Assembly: GCA_964489065.1 (NCBI GenBank)
Contig: CAZAXH010000004.1
Location: forward strand, 15,181-79,180
Source of the DNA: an uncultured Planctomycetales bacterium
GTDB lineage: Bacteria > Omnitrophota > Gorgyraeia > Zapsychrales > JANLHA01
Direction of reading: 5' to 3'
Length of the DNA stretch: 64,000 nt
Shown: one piece after another, positions 46,522 through 56,535 of the stretch
Position numbering within the stretch: position 1 is the stretch's first letter
Layout: every line of letters begins with the position of its first letter
Notes under the pieces: model-generated
What the model saw: only the letters and a program-made list of their open reading frames with translations
Databases searched by the model: none
Told to the model about the DNA's origin: nothing
Program-made: the position numbers and the translations under genes

Positions 46522-47307
46522 TCAAGAAAAATGACCAATTCCGGGCGCGGCCTCAGGATGGTCCGGAGAAGACATTTCAACCAGATGTTTCCAGTAACGC
46601 CGGGGCAGGAATCGCCGCTGCAGCCGCGGATTCAAGCGCGACTCAATAGCGATGGTTTTGAAATATTCCCGCCAAAGCCGCTGATAATCATATTCGTCCC
46701 CGCTGTACGCCGGAGAACAGGCCAGCTGAATGTCCACGATGCGGCACGCCCCGCTGCCGTTCACCGCCGCTATCCGGCGGCGCACGTCATGAATAACCCA
46801 ACGCTCCCGGCGCATGCGTTTGACAAAATAAGACGAAATCAAAGGCAGAATATTGTGGGCAGGTTCAACTGCAGCGTAGAAAACTCCGTCGGCCAGTTCT
46901 TTAAAACGCACCAGCCCCTGCATGCGTTGGGCCTCCCGCGAAACTTTGTAAAACAAATCTTCCACCCGCGACACCTCTTCTTCAGACAAAAAACGCCCCG
47001 CCTGATGCCCATGCTCAAAAACAAAAATTAAATACCGATAAGCCAGCATCCCGCGGCAGGGAACGTCCGAGAGATACGTATAAAAAATCTTCTTCATCGT
47101 TACGCCGGGCGTTTCCCGCCTGAGCCTCTCGATAAAATCATGCAGGCGCCGGGCACAAGGCTCGGCCCTGATAGCCTGGGCGAATAAAGACGGGACAAAA
47201 TCTTTTTCCGGCACAATATCTTCCGGCGGAAGGCCCGGCTGCAGGGCGGCCTCCAGCGCGGCGAGAAATCCCTCAAACGACCCGTTGTAAACATAAATAC
47301 GGTTCAT
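46522..47307 (-). CDS. DUF4130 / TIGR03915-like putative DNA-metabolism protein (partner of the rSAM)
   Basis: N-terminal MNRIYVYNGSFEGFLAALEAAL resembles the conserved start of the family. Overlaps the rSAM stop by 4 nt. Confidence 0.6.
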   Translation of the reverse strand: MNRIYVYNGSFEGFLAALEAALQPGLPPEDIVPEKDFVPSLFAQAIRAEPCARRLHDFIERLRRETPGVTMKKIFYTYLSDVPCRGMLAYRYLIFVFEHGHQAGRFLSEEEVSRVEDLFYKVSREAQRMQGLVRFKELADGVFYAAVEPAHNILPLISSYFVKRMRRERWVIHDVRRRIAAVNGSGACRIVDIQLACSPAYSGDEYDYQRLWREYFKTIAIESRLNPRLQRRFLPRRYWKHLVEMSSPDHPEAAPGIGHFS

Positions 47308-48590
47308 AGTTCTCCGGTGACGGACGACGCCAATGCCCGGGGATTTTCTTCCGGTGAGCCAAAAAGCGTCAATTGAGCAGAGGCCTTCGCCCCCGCAGCG
47401 GCTGTATCCAGTTTCCGCCGGATCTCCTCCGGCTCCAGCGCGACATCGCCGTGATAATGCCCGTTGACCAGAATAAAATACTGCGCCCGTTTTAAGACAA
47501 CGCGAAGCTTCTGTAGGTCCTCAAACCGGATTTTCTTGACTTTCCGGACCGCCATAATCCTGGCGGCGGAACGCACCCCCACGCCCGGAATCCGCACCAG
47601 TTGGCGATAACTCGCCGTATTGATTTCCAGGGGGAACGCCCCAATATGCCGCAGGGCCCAGCTGACTTTCGGATCCAGGCCAGCTTCAAAGTCCGGGTGC
47701 TGCTCATCCAGAATCTCCGACGCGTCAAACCCGTAAAACCGTAAAAGCCAATCCGCCTGATAAAGGCGGTGCTCCCGTAAAAGTGGCGGCCGGGGCAGCG
47801 CGGGCAGGTTCTTGCCGGAGTTGACCGGAACATAAGCCGAATAATACACCCGCCGCAGGCGCACGGTCTGATAAAGAAAAGCGCTTAACTTTAAAATCTG
47901 CAGATCCCGTTCCGGGGAGGCGCCGATGATCATCTGCGTGCTTTGCCCGGCGGGAGCGAATTTTATTCCGTGTTTCGTGTTCCGGTTGTCCTCTTTATTC
48001 CGAACAATAATGTTATGAATATGCCGCATCGGAGACAGAATCGCCGGGTAGCTTTTCTGAGGGGCCAAGAGGGACAGGCTCTGCGGAGACGGGAGTTCAA
48101 TGTTGACGCTCACCCGGTCAGCCAGACGGCCGGCGGCGTCCACCAAAGCCGGGGAAGCGCCCGGAATCACTTTGACATGAATATACCCCCGGAACTGATA
48201 CGTTTCCCGCAGAAGACGCATCGTGCTGTTTAAAAGCTCCATGGTATGGTCCGGGGTCCTGACGATGGCCGAGCTTAAAAACAATCCTTCGACGTAATTC
48301 CTTTTATAAAAATTAACCGTGAGCCGCGCCAGTTCCCCGGGAGTAAACTCGGCCCGGCAGACGTCGTTGCTCCTGCGGTTAATACAGTAAGCGCAATCAA
48401 AAATACAGTTATTCGTGAACAACACCTTTAATAATGAGATGCACCGGCCGTCCGCCGACCAGCTGTGGCAGATCCCCGCCAGACTGGCCCGGCCCAGAGC
48501 GCCCCCCTGACGGCTCGAACCGCTGGACGCGCAACTGACGTCATATTTAGCGCTGTTCGCCAAAATGGATAATTTCTCTAAGACATGCAT
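47304..48590 (-). CDS. Radical SAM protein of the putative DNA-modification/repair family (TIGR03916-like) with a C-terminal HhH
   Basis: LEKLSILANSAKYDVSCASSG. CIFDCAYCINRR (CxxxCxxC). C-terminal LVRIPGVGVRSAARI (helix-hairpin-helix). Confidence 0.75.
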   Translation of the reverse strand: MHVLEKLSILANSAKYDVSCASSGSSRQGGALGRASLAGICHSWSADGRCISLLKVLFTNNCIFDCAYCINRRSNDVCRAEFTPGELARLTVNFYKRNYVEGLFLSSAIVRTPDHTMELLNSTMRLLRETYQFRGYIHVKVIPGASPALVDAAGRLADRVSVNIELPSPQSLSLLAPQKSYPAILSPMRHIHNIIVRNKEDNRNTKHGIKFAPAGQSTQMIIGASPERDLQILKLSAFLYQTVRLRRVYYSAYVPVNSGKNLPALPRPPLLREHRLYQADWLLRFYGFDASEILDEQHPDFEAGLDPKVSWALRHIGAFPLEINTASYRQLVRIPGVGVRSAARIMAVRKVKKIRFEDLQKLRVVLKRAQYFILVNGHYHGDVALEPEEIRRKLDTAAAGAKASAQLTLFGSPEENPRALASSVTGEL

Positions 48591-48638
48591 ACCGGAAGAA
48601 TCTTACCACACTTATGTGTGGGTAGCAACGCTTTTTCT

Positions 48639-49372
48639 TTAATCCCCCGGCTCATGGTGAGCAACTTCAGAAGAAACGGCAGGAAGCTCCTCCTTACTCT
48701 TAATCCACAGAAAATACGCCTCCCGGAACGCCAGGCAGAGGCGCAAAAAAATAATCAACGATGTTTTCAGTCCCTTGTATTCTCCCCAGTTTTTGAAAAT
48801 CCCCGGATAAGACACCGGCCCCAGCGCCTCATGGAGCGCTAATCCATTCTCTTCGATCATCCCTTTAAAAGAATCCGCCCGCGTGTACCAGATGCTTTCA
48901 ATAAATAGAATCGTCCCTTGCGGAGCGAGGTGCTTTTTAATGTCCTGAAAAAACTTTTTGTGAACCCGGCCGTCAGGGTCACACACCGCGATCTCTTTCG
49001 TGTTCTTGGTGTCGAGCACCCACGGCGGGTTGCCTACGACCAGGTCCCACTGTTCCGTCGAAGGGATGGCGTCCAGGCAATCCGATTGATACACCGTCAC
49101 CCGGTCCTGGAGACGGTTCTTTTCAACCGTGTCTTTTAAAACATCCACGGCCAGGGGATTCACGTCCGCCAGGGTCAGCCGGTCGCACAGGCCGTTCGCC
49201 AGCAGGGCGAACCCGATAAACCCCGGCCCGGCGCAGTATTCGAACACGTGCCCAACCTTTCCTATGTTCCGGGAGACGATATGCACGAATTCATGGGCGA
49301 AAATGATCCCGCCTCCGTTCAGCCGCCACAGAAAACTTACTTCGAGATCTTTATATTTAATTTTTGAGTACA
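48639..49372 (-). CDS. Class I SAM-dependent methyltransferase with an NPPW motif (HemK/RsmC-like small-domain methyltransferase)
   Basis: VFEYCAGPGFIG (motif I). LADVNP. VVGNPPW (motif IV). Start reassigned to MYSKIKY with a GGAG RBS. Confidence 0.7.
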
Positions 49373-49701
49373 TAAATTTCAGCTCTCCGGCCCGTAAAAT
49401 CATTATCCCCAACGAGACAGCCGGACGCAACATCTATATAAAATATCTACCGCTTGGAACCGGACATCTTAGCCTCCGCCGCCCCCCACGGGCATAGCGG
49501 TCTTGATTAGCAATTCTCCGCAGGCTGATCTGACTTCTTAATCTACTTATAACCATCCCCGAAGCAGAAGACCTTGTCCGATCTCGCCTTCATCCCCGCA
49601 GAACCGCCCATGCTCTTCTGCGAAAGCGAAAAAAAATGCTGGCTTTGTCCCCTTAAAATTAAGGACAAAGCCAGCGTAGGAAGGTTTTCACTCGTGATGA
49701 A

Positions 49702-52700
49702 TTATGGATGCCTGGGAACGGTCACCGTGGCTGCGGCGGTCGCACTGTTCCCGGAGACGTCCGTGGCAGAGTAAAGAAGCGTATAAATCCGGCCATTCGA
49801 CGACCCTTGCCGCTCAGCGCGCAAATAAATCTGGCCGTTCGCATCAACCCGAATGTCGGCTGTCGTATCCCCATCCGGCACCCCGGCATCATAATTAGGA
49901 TCATAGGTGTTGATTTGATCGCCTTCGTTCATAGTAATAGACGTTAACCTCACCAGAGGACCGGGATCGCAGGTATCCGCGGCCGTAACGACTGGCGTTA
50001 TCTTGACCATTTTATGATTTGGCGGCCACAAAACAGCGAGGTTCACGCTCACACTGATCTGTGGCGGGGTGGTGTCCCGGACAGTCACCTGCCCTGTTTG
50101 GGAATCGGCTGCGCCCATGGGATCTTCCACCGTCAAAGAAAAAGAATAAACACCCAAAGGAAGCGTGACGGTTTGGGTGACACCGGACAGATTCCCCCAA
50201 GGCCCGGACCAGAGATACGTTAAAGGATCTCCGTCCTCATCCGTAGACGCTGAACCATCCAGTACAACCGCACAGCCCTGCGGCCCGGTGCATTCCACGA
50301 CCCAATCCGAACCGGGCTGCGATTGAGGGGCATGGTTCAAAACCTCGGTCGTCCCGGCAGCCACTGCAATCTGCCGCCCCCGGAATGTCAGGACAACCGT
50401 CCTCGTCCCGTTGTTAATCAATGTTAATGTATCCGGATAAAAAATAATCTTATCCCCGGTTTCCAGCACGGCCGCGGCCACATCCCCGGAAAGCGCGTTC
50501 AATTCCACGTTCACAGGACCGCTTACGATATCCGCGCCGATACTGCCGCAGGTCACGACAACTTCGTCTCCGGGAGATAAAAATATATTCCCCGCCTCCG
50601 AACAGGCCGTCACTTCCGCCTGTACAGCGCCGCCGCTTGCATCGACCTTGATTCTGACCCCTGCTAAAGGATCAAAATCATCAACGATGGTCAGAACCTG
50701 ATCCCCCCGGCTCAGGATCTCGCCGTACGTGGCAGGATCGCTATGGTCATTAAAACTATTGGAATACCCGGTCACGTCACCGTCAACGGCGTCGGACAGC
50801 CCGTCGCCGTCATAATCAATCCGGTCAAGACTTCCGGTCACGGCATTGATTAACGAAACATTGGCGACATGATGCAGGGCCGTGTCATACTTGGACAGTT
50901 TCCGTTCCAGGTCAGCCTGGCTGTCCTCGTCGAAATTGGGCAGAGTCTCATCATAGAGAAAATGATTATATAAGCCCCAATTGTTCGGGTAACTGTGTAC
51001 TTTGTAGGACCACAACGACCAGCTCCAGCCTTCGGCATTGAAACGGCTCAAATAATACTCCCAAGCGTCCTTGATTCCGAACGCGTTAAATTCACCGACT
51101 AAAACAGGGACGTCATAATCTTCCTGGTAAACCTGTGAATCCGACACCTTCTGGTCAACAAACGCCTTATGATAGTCTATAACGTCAGTAAATGTCAGAT
51201 TAGGAATAAGTTCAGAATATTCTTCTGGGTTATACGCAGGGCAGGTCTCACCCAAGACAGGAAGCAGAAGTTCCCCGGTTGCCTCATTTCTATTTTCCCA
51301 ACAATAATAATGAAACTGGTACATCACGTTTTCCCAACTCATATCTTCCGGCTTGGGCAAAGAATCCCAATCCCAGGCGCCTTCCATGACGATGAGATGA
51401 TCCTCATCACCCACGGTATCGCGGATTTCCTGATAGATATCATCATAAAGGGCGTGCAGCAAAGCGAGACCGCCCACATAATCTTCAAATCCGGTCGGCT
51501 CATTTAAAAGATCATAGCCAAGCACTGCCGGATTATCCTTATAATGATCAGCGATCTTATTCCACAGTTCTACCGTCCGGTCCCGGTAAGCGCTCACCGC
51601 CGGATTAAATAACTGATGGAAATATCCGGGTTCCGGCGGTTCCACCGATTCCCGCCCGGTATGAAACTCCCGGCTCTGGCTTCCCGGAGCGCCGTGCAGA
51701 TCCAGAAGCACATAAATCCCGCGGTCCGCGCAGGCGTTCACGATTTCGTCAATCTTACTGAAATCAAAATTACCGCCGCAGGCCCAATTACCGCTTTCAT
51801 CCAGGTCGCAGATATTCCGGTAATAGAGCGGCAGTCGGACGTAATTGAACCCCATCCGCAGAATATTATCAAAGTCGCTTTCCTGAATATATGCGTCCTG
51901 ATAAACATTCAAAATATTTTGGGCCTCGGCACCTAAATATTCCCGAATGGTCCAGTCGTCAAAATACTTGCCTCCCTCCGGCTCATCCAGATGTTTTTCA
52001 AACTCCGGGCCCTTGCCCAACATCCAGGATTCAAGGAGCAGGTAATTGCCCAAGTTTACCCCTTTGAGTTGCACCACATCCCCGGCGCCATTCTGTTCCC
52101 GGAGATGAAGCCCCGCCGCCCGCACAAAGCCTTGCGGGTCATACAACAACGCCGGGCTCCACGCGCCGCTGTCAACCTCACCCACCGCGCGCACGCGGTA
52201 CCATTTACCGATGTCGGAACCCGACAAAGTTAACGTGGTCTGCGGCCCGCTGTAAATCTGCGTCCAGCCGCCGTCACGGCTGGCCCCTTCTTCCACCACA
52301 TAGGAAACCGCCAGCGGCTGGGCCGTCCATTCTACATACCCTTCCTGCAAGCGGGCATATTTAATCAGCGCCGGTTTAGCGAAATACTGAACCGCCTCGC
52401 TCCAATCAGACTCCACCAAGACAACCCCGTCGATTTCATTGGGGATGCCCCAGCGTACCCGCAGCCAGGAACTCTCCAGTTCCTGAAGCGCGACGCTCGT
52501 TTCCGTGCCGGAATAAATCGTTGTCCACGGCCCCTCTGACCCCGCAGCGCTCTGCTGCAGCGTGTAATGCGCACCGTCTAGATATTTATTCCAGGAAGCC
52601 ACCCCTTCCGGAAGCGCGGCCTGATTGATCGTCACCTCCGGCAACGCCGTGGCCCGGATGTCATCAAAGTAATACGTCCCCGGCCAAAAAATCTGAAGCT

Positions 52701-55590
52701 TAACTTCATATAAATCCTGTAAATTAAAGATCTTCCCCTCAGAAAGGCTCTTCTCTTGTATGGCGCTGAAAGGAATGTCCAGACGGGTCCATTGCCCATA
52801 TTCAGCACTTTTTTCCGTCCAAATTGATAAAGGAGAATTTCTGTAATCCCCGTTATCCAAAAGCTGCACGTTAACATTATTGCTCATCCCATTCTCGGCC
52901 AACTGATACACCCAAAATGTCAGTTTGTCAAACTGCGGCAGGACAAGATGTGCCGGGTTTAGGTTGACATGACGGTAATCATCCCCATTATCAGGTCTAT
53001 AACAGTAGTCGCCAGAAGCATCACAAGCACGTTCCTGAGATATCAACCACACCCCCGCCCATTCACCGGATTTACCGGGATTAGTGACGAGTTTCCAAGA
53101 AGAGGTGCCTTCATAAACTGGTTCTCCCGAACCAGAATATCCCGCAGTGCCAAACCAGGCACCACCCGGATATCCCCACGGCAACGGGCCATCAAGCACA
53201 TTCTGCTCAAAAGCCTGATAAGGGCGATCACCCAAAACAACCCGCATATCATCAAAATAATACGTTCCGGCGTGATAGTTGACGAAATTTATTTTCACGA
53301 CATGATTCAAGTTAAAATCATCCGGCAGTTGTGAGAATAAAACCGTCAACTCTGACCATTGGCCGATTTCAACTTTTTTAGTGGTCCAAACTTCAAAACC
53401 CGGGTGACTTATCCCATCATACAAACTGTCATCAAAAAACCGCACCGCAACGTTATTCGGGCCCGTCGCCGCTAAAGGATAAATCCAAAAACTCAATCGG
53501 TCATTATGCTCTGGGTCAAAATCTATATAGCCTGCCGGGCTCTGGGGATACACGGTTATCCCTCCCCAAGTGGAACCTACTTGCTCACAAGAAGAATTTC
53601 CAGAGCGGACAATGTTTGTAGACACGCCAGCGGTTGCGCCATTAATCCCCTGACAATACATGGCTGGAGTGCCATTGCCCGCCTCAAAATCCTGGTACAC
53701 GCGTCCCCGGGAAACCCCGTTGTACAAGGCGAGAACCTCCTCGGAGGAAATCACCCGGTTATAAATATAAACCTCATCCACAAACCCCTTCCAGTGCCGG
53801 TTCGCTTCCGTGGAATACCCGTTGCCGACAGCCACATGGTTCAAATCCAGGGTTATCGGCCGGTAAGAACCGGCGGTGCCGAGGTTGGGATGCACTTGAA
53901 CATCCGCGGCCGGATGGAAGCTTGTGAAAACCAGTTGCCCGTCCAAATACCCGTAATCGCGGGCTCCATCCCAGGCGTAAACCACATGGTACCAGCGGTT
54001 AGCCTGAAGAGAATCCGTGTAAGTTTCTTCATACACGCCCTCCGGGGCCGGGCTCACCGTGCTCAACCCCAAAGCGCCCATGGTGAACTTCCCGTCAACA
54101 CTTTCTTCAAAACGGATATTATCATCCCAACTGGCGTAATCCGTGGAGAAAGGGTTGCGCCAGTTTTCCACCGTGTCCGCTTTCATCCAGAAAGAAATCG
54201 TGCCGGCCGGTTGATACCCCAGGTCATCATTCACCAGGATAACGTCATTGCTCCCGTCAAAATGATACGCCCCCCCGAAACGGCCTTCACTAGTATAAGC
54301 CGCGCCGTTGAGAACCGCGGCATTATGCCCGTTGCCGCTTTCATCCAGTACAATACTGCCGTTATCATGGGAGAACGTGTACTTCAAAAGCAAACCTTCC
54401 CCTAAAGAAGGAAACGGCGGCTCGTAATCCAAATCAAGCACAGTTAGTCCCACGGGTATCCCGCCCACAGCGGCATCGATTTGTGACGCCGGGGCCAGCG
54501 TGCCATCACCATTTCCCAAATAAACAGAAACTTTTTGATCTTCCAGGTTCCCGAAAACAACATCAATCAACCCATCGCCATTAAAATCCGCCGTTGCCAT
54601 CCCGCTAGGTGTATAGACCAGATTTTCGATTTGAGAATTCAAATGAGAAACAAATTCTTGATTACCAGCATCCCACAGAAAAACCGACAAAAACCATTGT
54701 CCGGACAGTCTGGTGAATGTCACTAAGTCCGTGTAAGTATCATTATTAAAATCCCCGATACGAACTATGCCTGACCCGCCCAAATCCGTGTTAAGGCTCA
54801 ATTCCTGGCGGGTAAAAGTGTTATCGCCGTTGTTCCAAAACACCGTTACCGCCGGGTTCAAAGCGCAGGCCAGGACAAGGTCATCATCGCCGTCATGATC
54901 AAAATCGCTCGTTTGGATATTTTGCGGACGTATTTCAGTGGCTAACTTCTGATCTGATAAAAAGCCGCCGTTACCATTACCATAGAGGATAGTAATCTCC
55001 GATGAGGTCCAATTGCACACCGCGCCATCAAGGTTCCCGTCCTTGTTATAATCCCCCACGGTAACATTATTGGCCCAGCCATCGACAGCCCAGGTGGCGG
55101 AAAGAGAAAAATTCCCATTACCATCCCCCGCAAGGATCTGCACCATTCCTCCGGGATTCCAGTTTGGCACCAGAATATCCAGATGGCCGTCTTTATTAAA
55201 ATCCCCCATGGCCACACCATTGGCAACTTCATACCCCACATCATAAATGGTGCGCGGCTCAAACTCGCCATTGCCCTTCCCTTTAAGAAATCCTAACGTA
55301 TGCCCTCCCCTTCCATTAACGGCCACCAGATCCGGGATATCATCTTCATTAAAATCAGCGGCAGCGACATAATTAGGATAACTGCCCAACACCACATCAG
55401 GAATAATCCTAGTGAACGTGTTATCCTCATTGTTCACTAATACTGAACCGGTTTCAATATTTTCATTGGCCGTGATGATGTCCGCGTAAGGGCCGGCCGC
55501 GTAAGCGGGAACTCCTAACGCAAACACAGCCGCTGAAAGCACGGCCGCTACGATTGTTTTCCAGTGCTGGGGGGGCATGTGTTGGGGCAT
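49702..55590 (-). CDS. Giant secreted multidomain protein (1962 aa): FG-GAP/VCBS β-propeller repeats, LamG/ConA-like lectin domain, two jelly-roll CBM-like modules, a GH5 catalytic domain, and C-terminal Ig/cadherin-like domains
   Basis: Signal peptide. Repeated DFN(K/E/N)DGxxD FG-GAP motifs. The GH5 NEP acid/base (DLLNEPTG) and downstream nucleophile region. C-terminal β-sandwich repeats. Confidence 0.85.
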   Translation of the reverse strand: MPQHMPPQHWKTIVAAVLSAAVFALGVPAYAAGPYADIITANENIETGSVLVNNEDNTFTRIIPDVVLGSYPNYVAAADFNEDDIPDLVAVNGRGGHTLGFLKGKGNGEFEPRTIYDVGYEVANGVAMGDFNKDGHLDILVPNWNPGGMVQILAGDGNGNFSLSATWAVDGWANNVTVGDYNKDGNLDGAVCNWTSSEITILYGNGNGGFLSDQKLATEIRPQNIQTSDFDHDGDDDLVLACALNPAVTVFWNNGDNTFTRQELSLNTDLGGSGIVRIGDFNNDTYTDLVTFTRLSGQWFLSVFLWDAGNQEFVSHLNSQIENLVYTPSGMATADFNGDGLIDVVFGNLEDQKVSVYLGNGDGTLAPASQIDAAVGGIPVGLTVLDLDYEPPFPSLGEGLLLKYTFSHDNGSIVLDESGNGHNAAVLNGAAYTSEGRFGGAYHFDGSNDVILVNDDLGYQPAGTISFWMKADTVENWRNPFSTDYASWDDNIRFEESVDGKFTMGALGLSTVSPAPEGVYEETYTDSLQANRWYHVVYAWDGARDYGYLDGQLVFTSFHPAADVQVHPNLGTAGSYRPITLDLNHVAVGNGYSTEANRHWKGFVDEVYIYNRVISSEEVLALYNGVSRGRVYQDFEAGNGTPAMYCQGINGATAGVSTNIVRSGNSSCEQVGSTWGGITVYPQSPAGYIDFDPEHNDRLSFWIYPLAATGPNNVAVRFFDDSLYDGISHPGFEVWTTKKVEIGQWSELTVLFSQLPDDFNLNHVVKINFVNYHAGTYYFDDMRVVLGDRPYQAFEQNVLDGPLPWGYPGGAWFGTAGYSGSGEPVYEGTSSWKLVTNPGKSGEWAGVWLISQERACDASGDYCYRPDNGDDYRHVNLNPAHLVLPQFDKLTFWVYQLAENGMSNNVNVQLLDNGDYRNSPLSIWTEKSAEYGQWTRLDIPFSAIQEKSLSEGKIFNLQDLYEVKLQIFWPGTYYFDDIRATALPEVTINQAALPEGVASWNKYLDGAHYTLQQSAAGSEGPWTTIYSGTETSVALQELESSWLRVRWGIPNEIDGVVLVESDWSEAVQYFAKPALIKYARLQEGYVEWTAQPLAVSYVVEEGASRDGGWTQIYSGPQTTLTLSGSDIGKWYRVRAVGEVDSGAWSPALLYDPQGFVRAAGLHLREQNGAGDVVQLKGVNLGNYLLLESWMLGKGPEFEKHLDEPEGGKYFDDWTIREYLGAEAQNILNVYQDAYIQESDFDNILRMGFNYVRLPLYYRNICDLDESGNWACGGNFDFSKIDEIVNACADRGIYVLLDLHGAPGSQSREFHTGRESVEPPEPGYFHQLFNPAVSAYRDRTVELWNKIADHYKDNPAVLGYDLLNEPTGFEDYVGGLALLHALYDDIYQEIRDTVGDEDHLIVMEGAWDWDSLPKPEDMSWENVMYQFHYYCWENRNEATGELLLPVLGETCPAYNPEEYSELIPNLTFTDVIDYHKAFVDQKVSDSQVYQEDYDVPVLVGEFNAFGIKDAWEYYLSRFNAEGWSWSLWSYKVHSYPNNWGLYNHFLYDETLPNFDEDSQADLERKLSKYDTALHHVANVSLINAVTGSLDRIDYDGDGLSDAVDGDVTGYSNSFNDHSDPATYGEILSRGDQVLTIVDDFDPLAGVRIKVDASGGAVQAEVTACSEAGNIFLSPGDEVVVTCGSIGADIVSGPVNVELNALSGDVAAAVLETGDKIIFYPDTLTLINNGTRTVVLTFRGRQIAVAAGTTEVLNHAPQSQPGSDWVVECTGPQGCAVVLDGSASTDEDGDPLTYLWSGPWGNLSGVTQTVTLPLGVYSFSLTVEDPMGAADSQTGQVTVRDTTPPQISVSVNLAVLWPPNHKMVKITPVVTAADTCDPGPLVRLTSITMNEGDQINTYDPNYDAGVPDGDTTADIRVDANGQIYLRAERQGSSNGRIYTLLYSATDVSGNSATAAATVTVPRHP

Positions 55591-55827
55591 AAAAGTCTCC
55601 TTTGTGGGGTTGATAATATATTACAAGGGGCAATTCATGAATCAGGAAAGTCTGTATTAGGCCGATATACAGATAAAAGCGAAAAAAAGTCCGGGAAACA
55701 GAAACCGCTCTATTAATATTAGACGAAATAGTTTAAAAAATCTAACATTCCCAAATCATAATCTGATCCATCTTTTAACCGCAACGCCGCGAGACGACAC
55801 ATATTATACCTCCCGGGAACAAAAAAA

Positions 55828-55854
55828 GCCCTGTTTCCTGATAAGAAACAGGGC
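55828..55854 (-). terminator. Intrinsic terminator (GCCCTGTTTC-N7-GAAACAGGGC followed by a T-run on the minus strand)
   Basis: Seen in sequence. About 40 nt downstream of the 55895 stop. Confidence 0.55.
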
Positions 55855-55894
55855 CGGAAAAAAGGAATTTCTCTAAAAACCGTTTCAGCGGTCT

Positions 55895-56329
55895 TTATTC
55901 TTCTGTGGTCCCAAGCGTATCCAGCAGGCCGGACGTCACGCGCCCCGCCTTTTCCTTCGTTAATTCAGCAAGTTTAGCCTTGGCTGTTTCAAAAATCTTC
56001 TGAGCGTCGGCATTTTGGGGATCAAAACTCAAAATGTTTTGAGCCACGGCAATTGCGTCTTTATACTGTCCTTCGTCCAAAAACTGCTGGGCCCGGGCCA
56101 AAAAAACTTTAGCCTTTTCAGCCAAATCTTCAGCCAAAGGGGTTTTCTCGGGAACAGCCTCAACCTCATTGACCACCACTTCGCTGACTTCATCCGTTAA
56201 AGTATCCAACGGATCGGCCGTTTGAGCGAGGAGGGGGCCGGCGGCCATAACCAGGACACCAAGGCTCATCAACAACATTGATATTATTTTATTCATCGAC
56301 TTTTCCTTTCCTCTTGTGTCATTTACCAT
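55895..56329 (-). CDS. Secreted TPR-like helical protein
   Basis: Signal peptide. Acidic N-terminal half. One or two TPR-like repeats (QYKDAIAVAQNILSFDPQNADAQKIFETAK). Confidence 0.45.
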   Translation of the reverse strand: MVNDTRGKEKSMNKIISMLLMSLGVLVMAAGPLLAQTADPLDTLTDEVSEVVVNEVEAVPEKTPLAEDLAEKAKVFLARAQQFLDEGQYKDAIAVAQNILSFDPQNADAQKIFETAKAKLAELTKEKAGRVTSGLLDTLGTTEE

Positions 56330-56535
56330 TAAATGACAGGAATTTTATTTTACACCTTTTGTTTTAAAAAATCTTTAATATTTTAAAACTAAATTTCCGA
56401 CGCGCGCGACCACGTTGCAATCCTGTCTTCACTTAGGAACCCAATGGGACTTGCCTTAAAATTACATAACCTACTGATAAGAAACATTTTCTGGCCACAA
56501 GAAAAAGTCTGACCGGCTCCGTACCCGCTTAAAGA

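Noticed and set aside
50012-55271. Numerous 60-300-aa ORFs on both strands inside the 5.9-kb giant gene (e.g. 53506-54405 +)
   Set aside because: They are embedded in, or antisense to, a continuous 1962-aa reading frame with coherent domain content. None has an RBS or motif.
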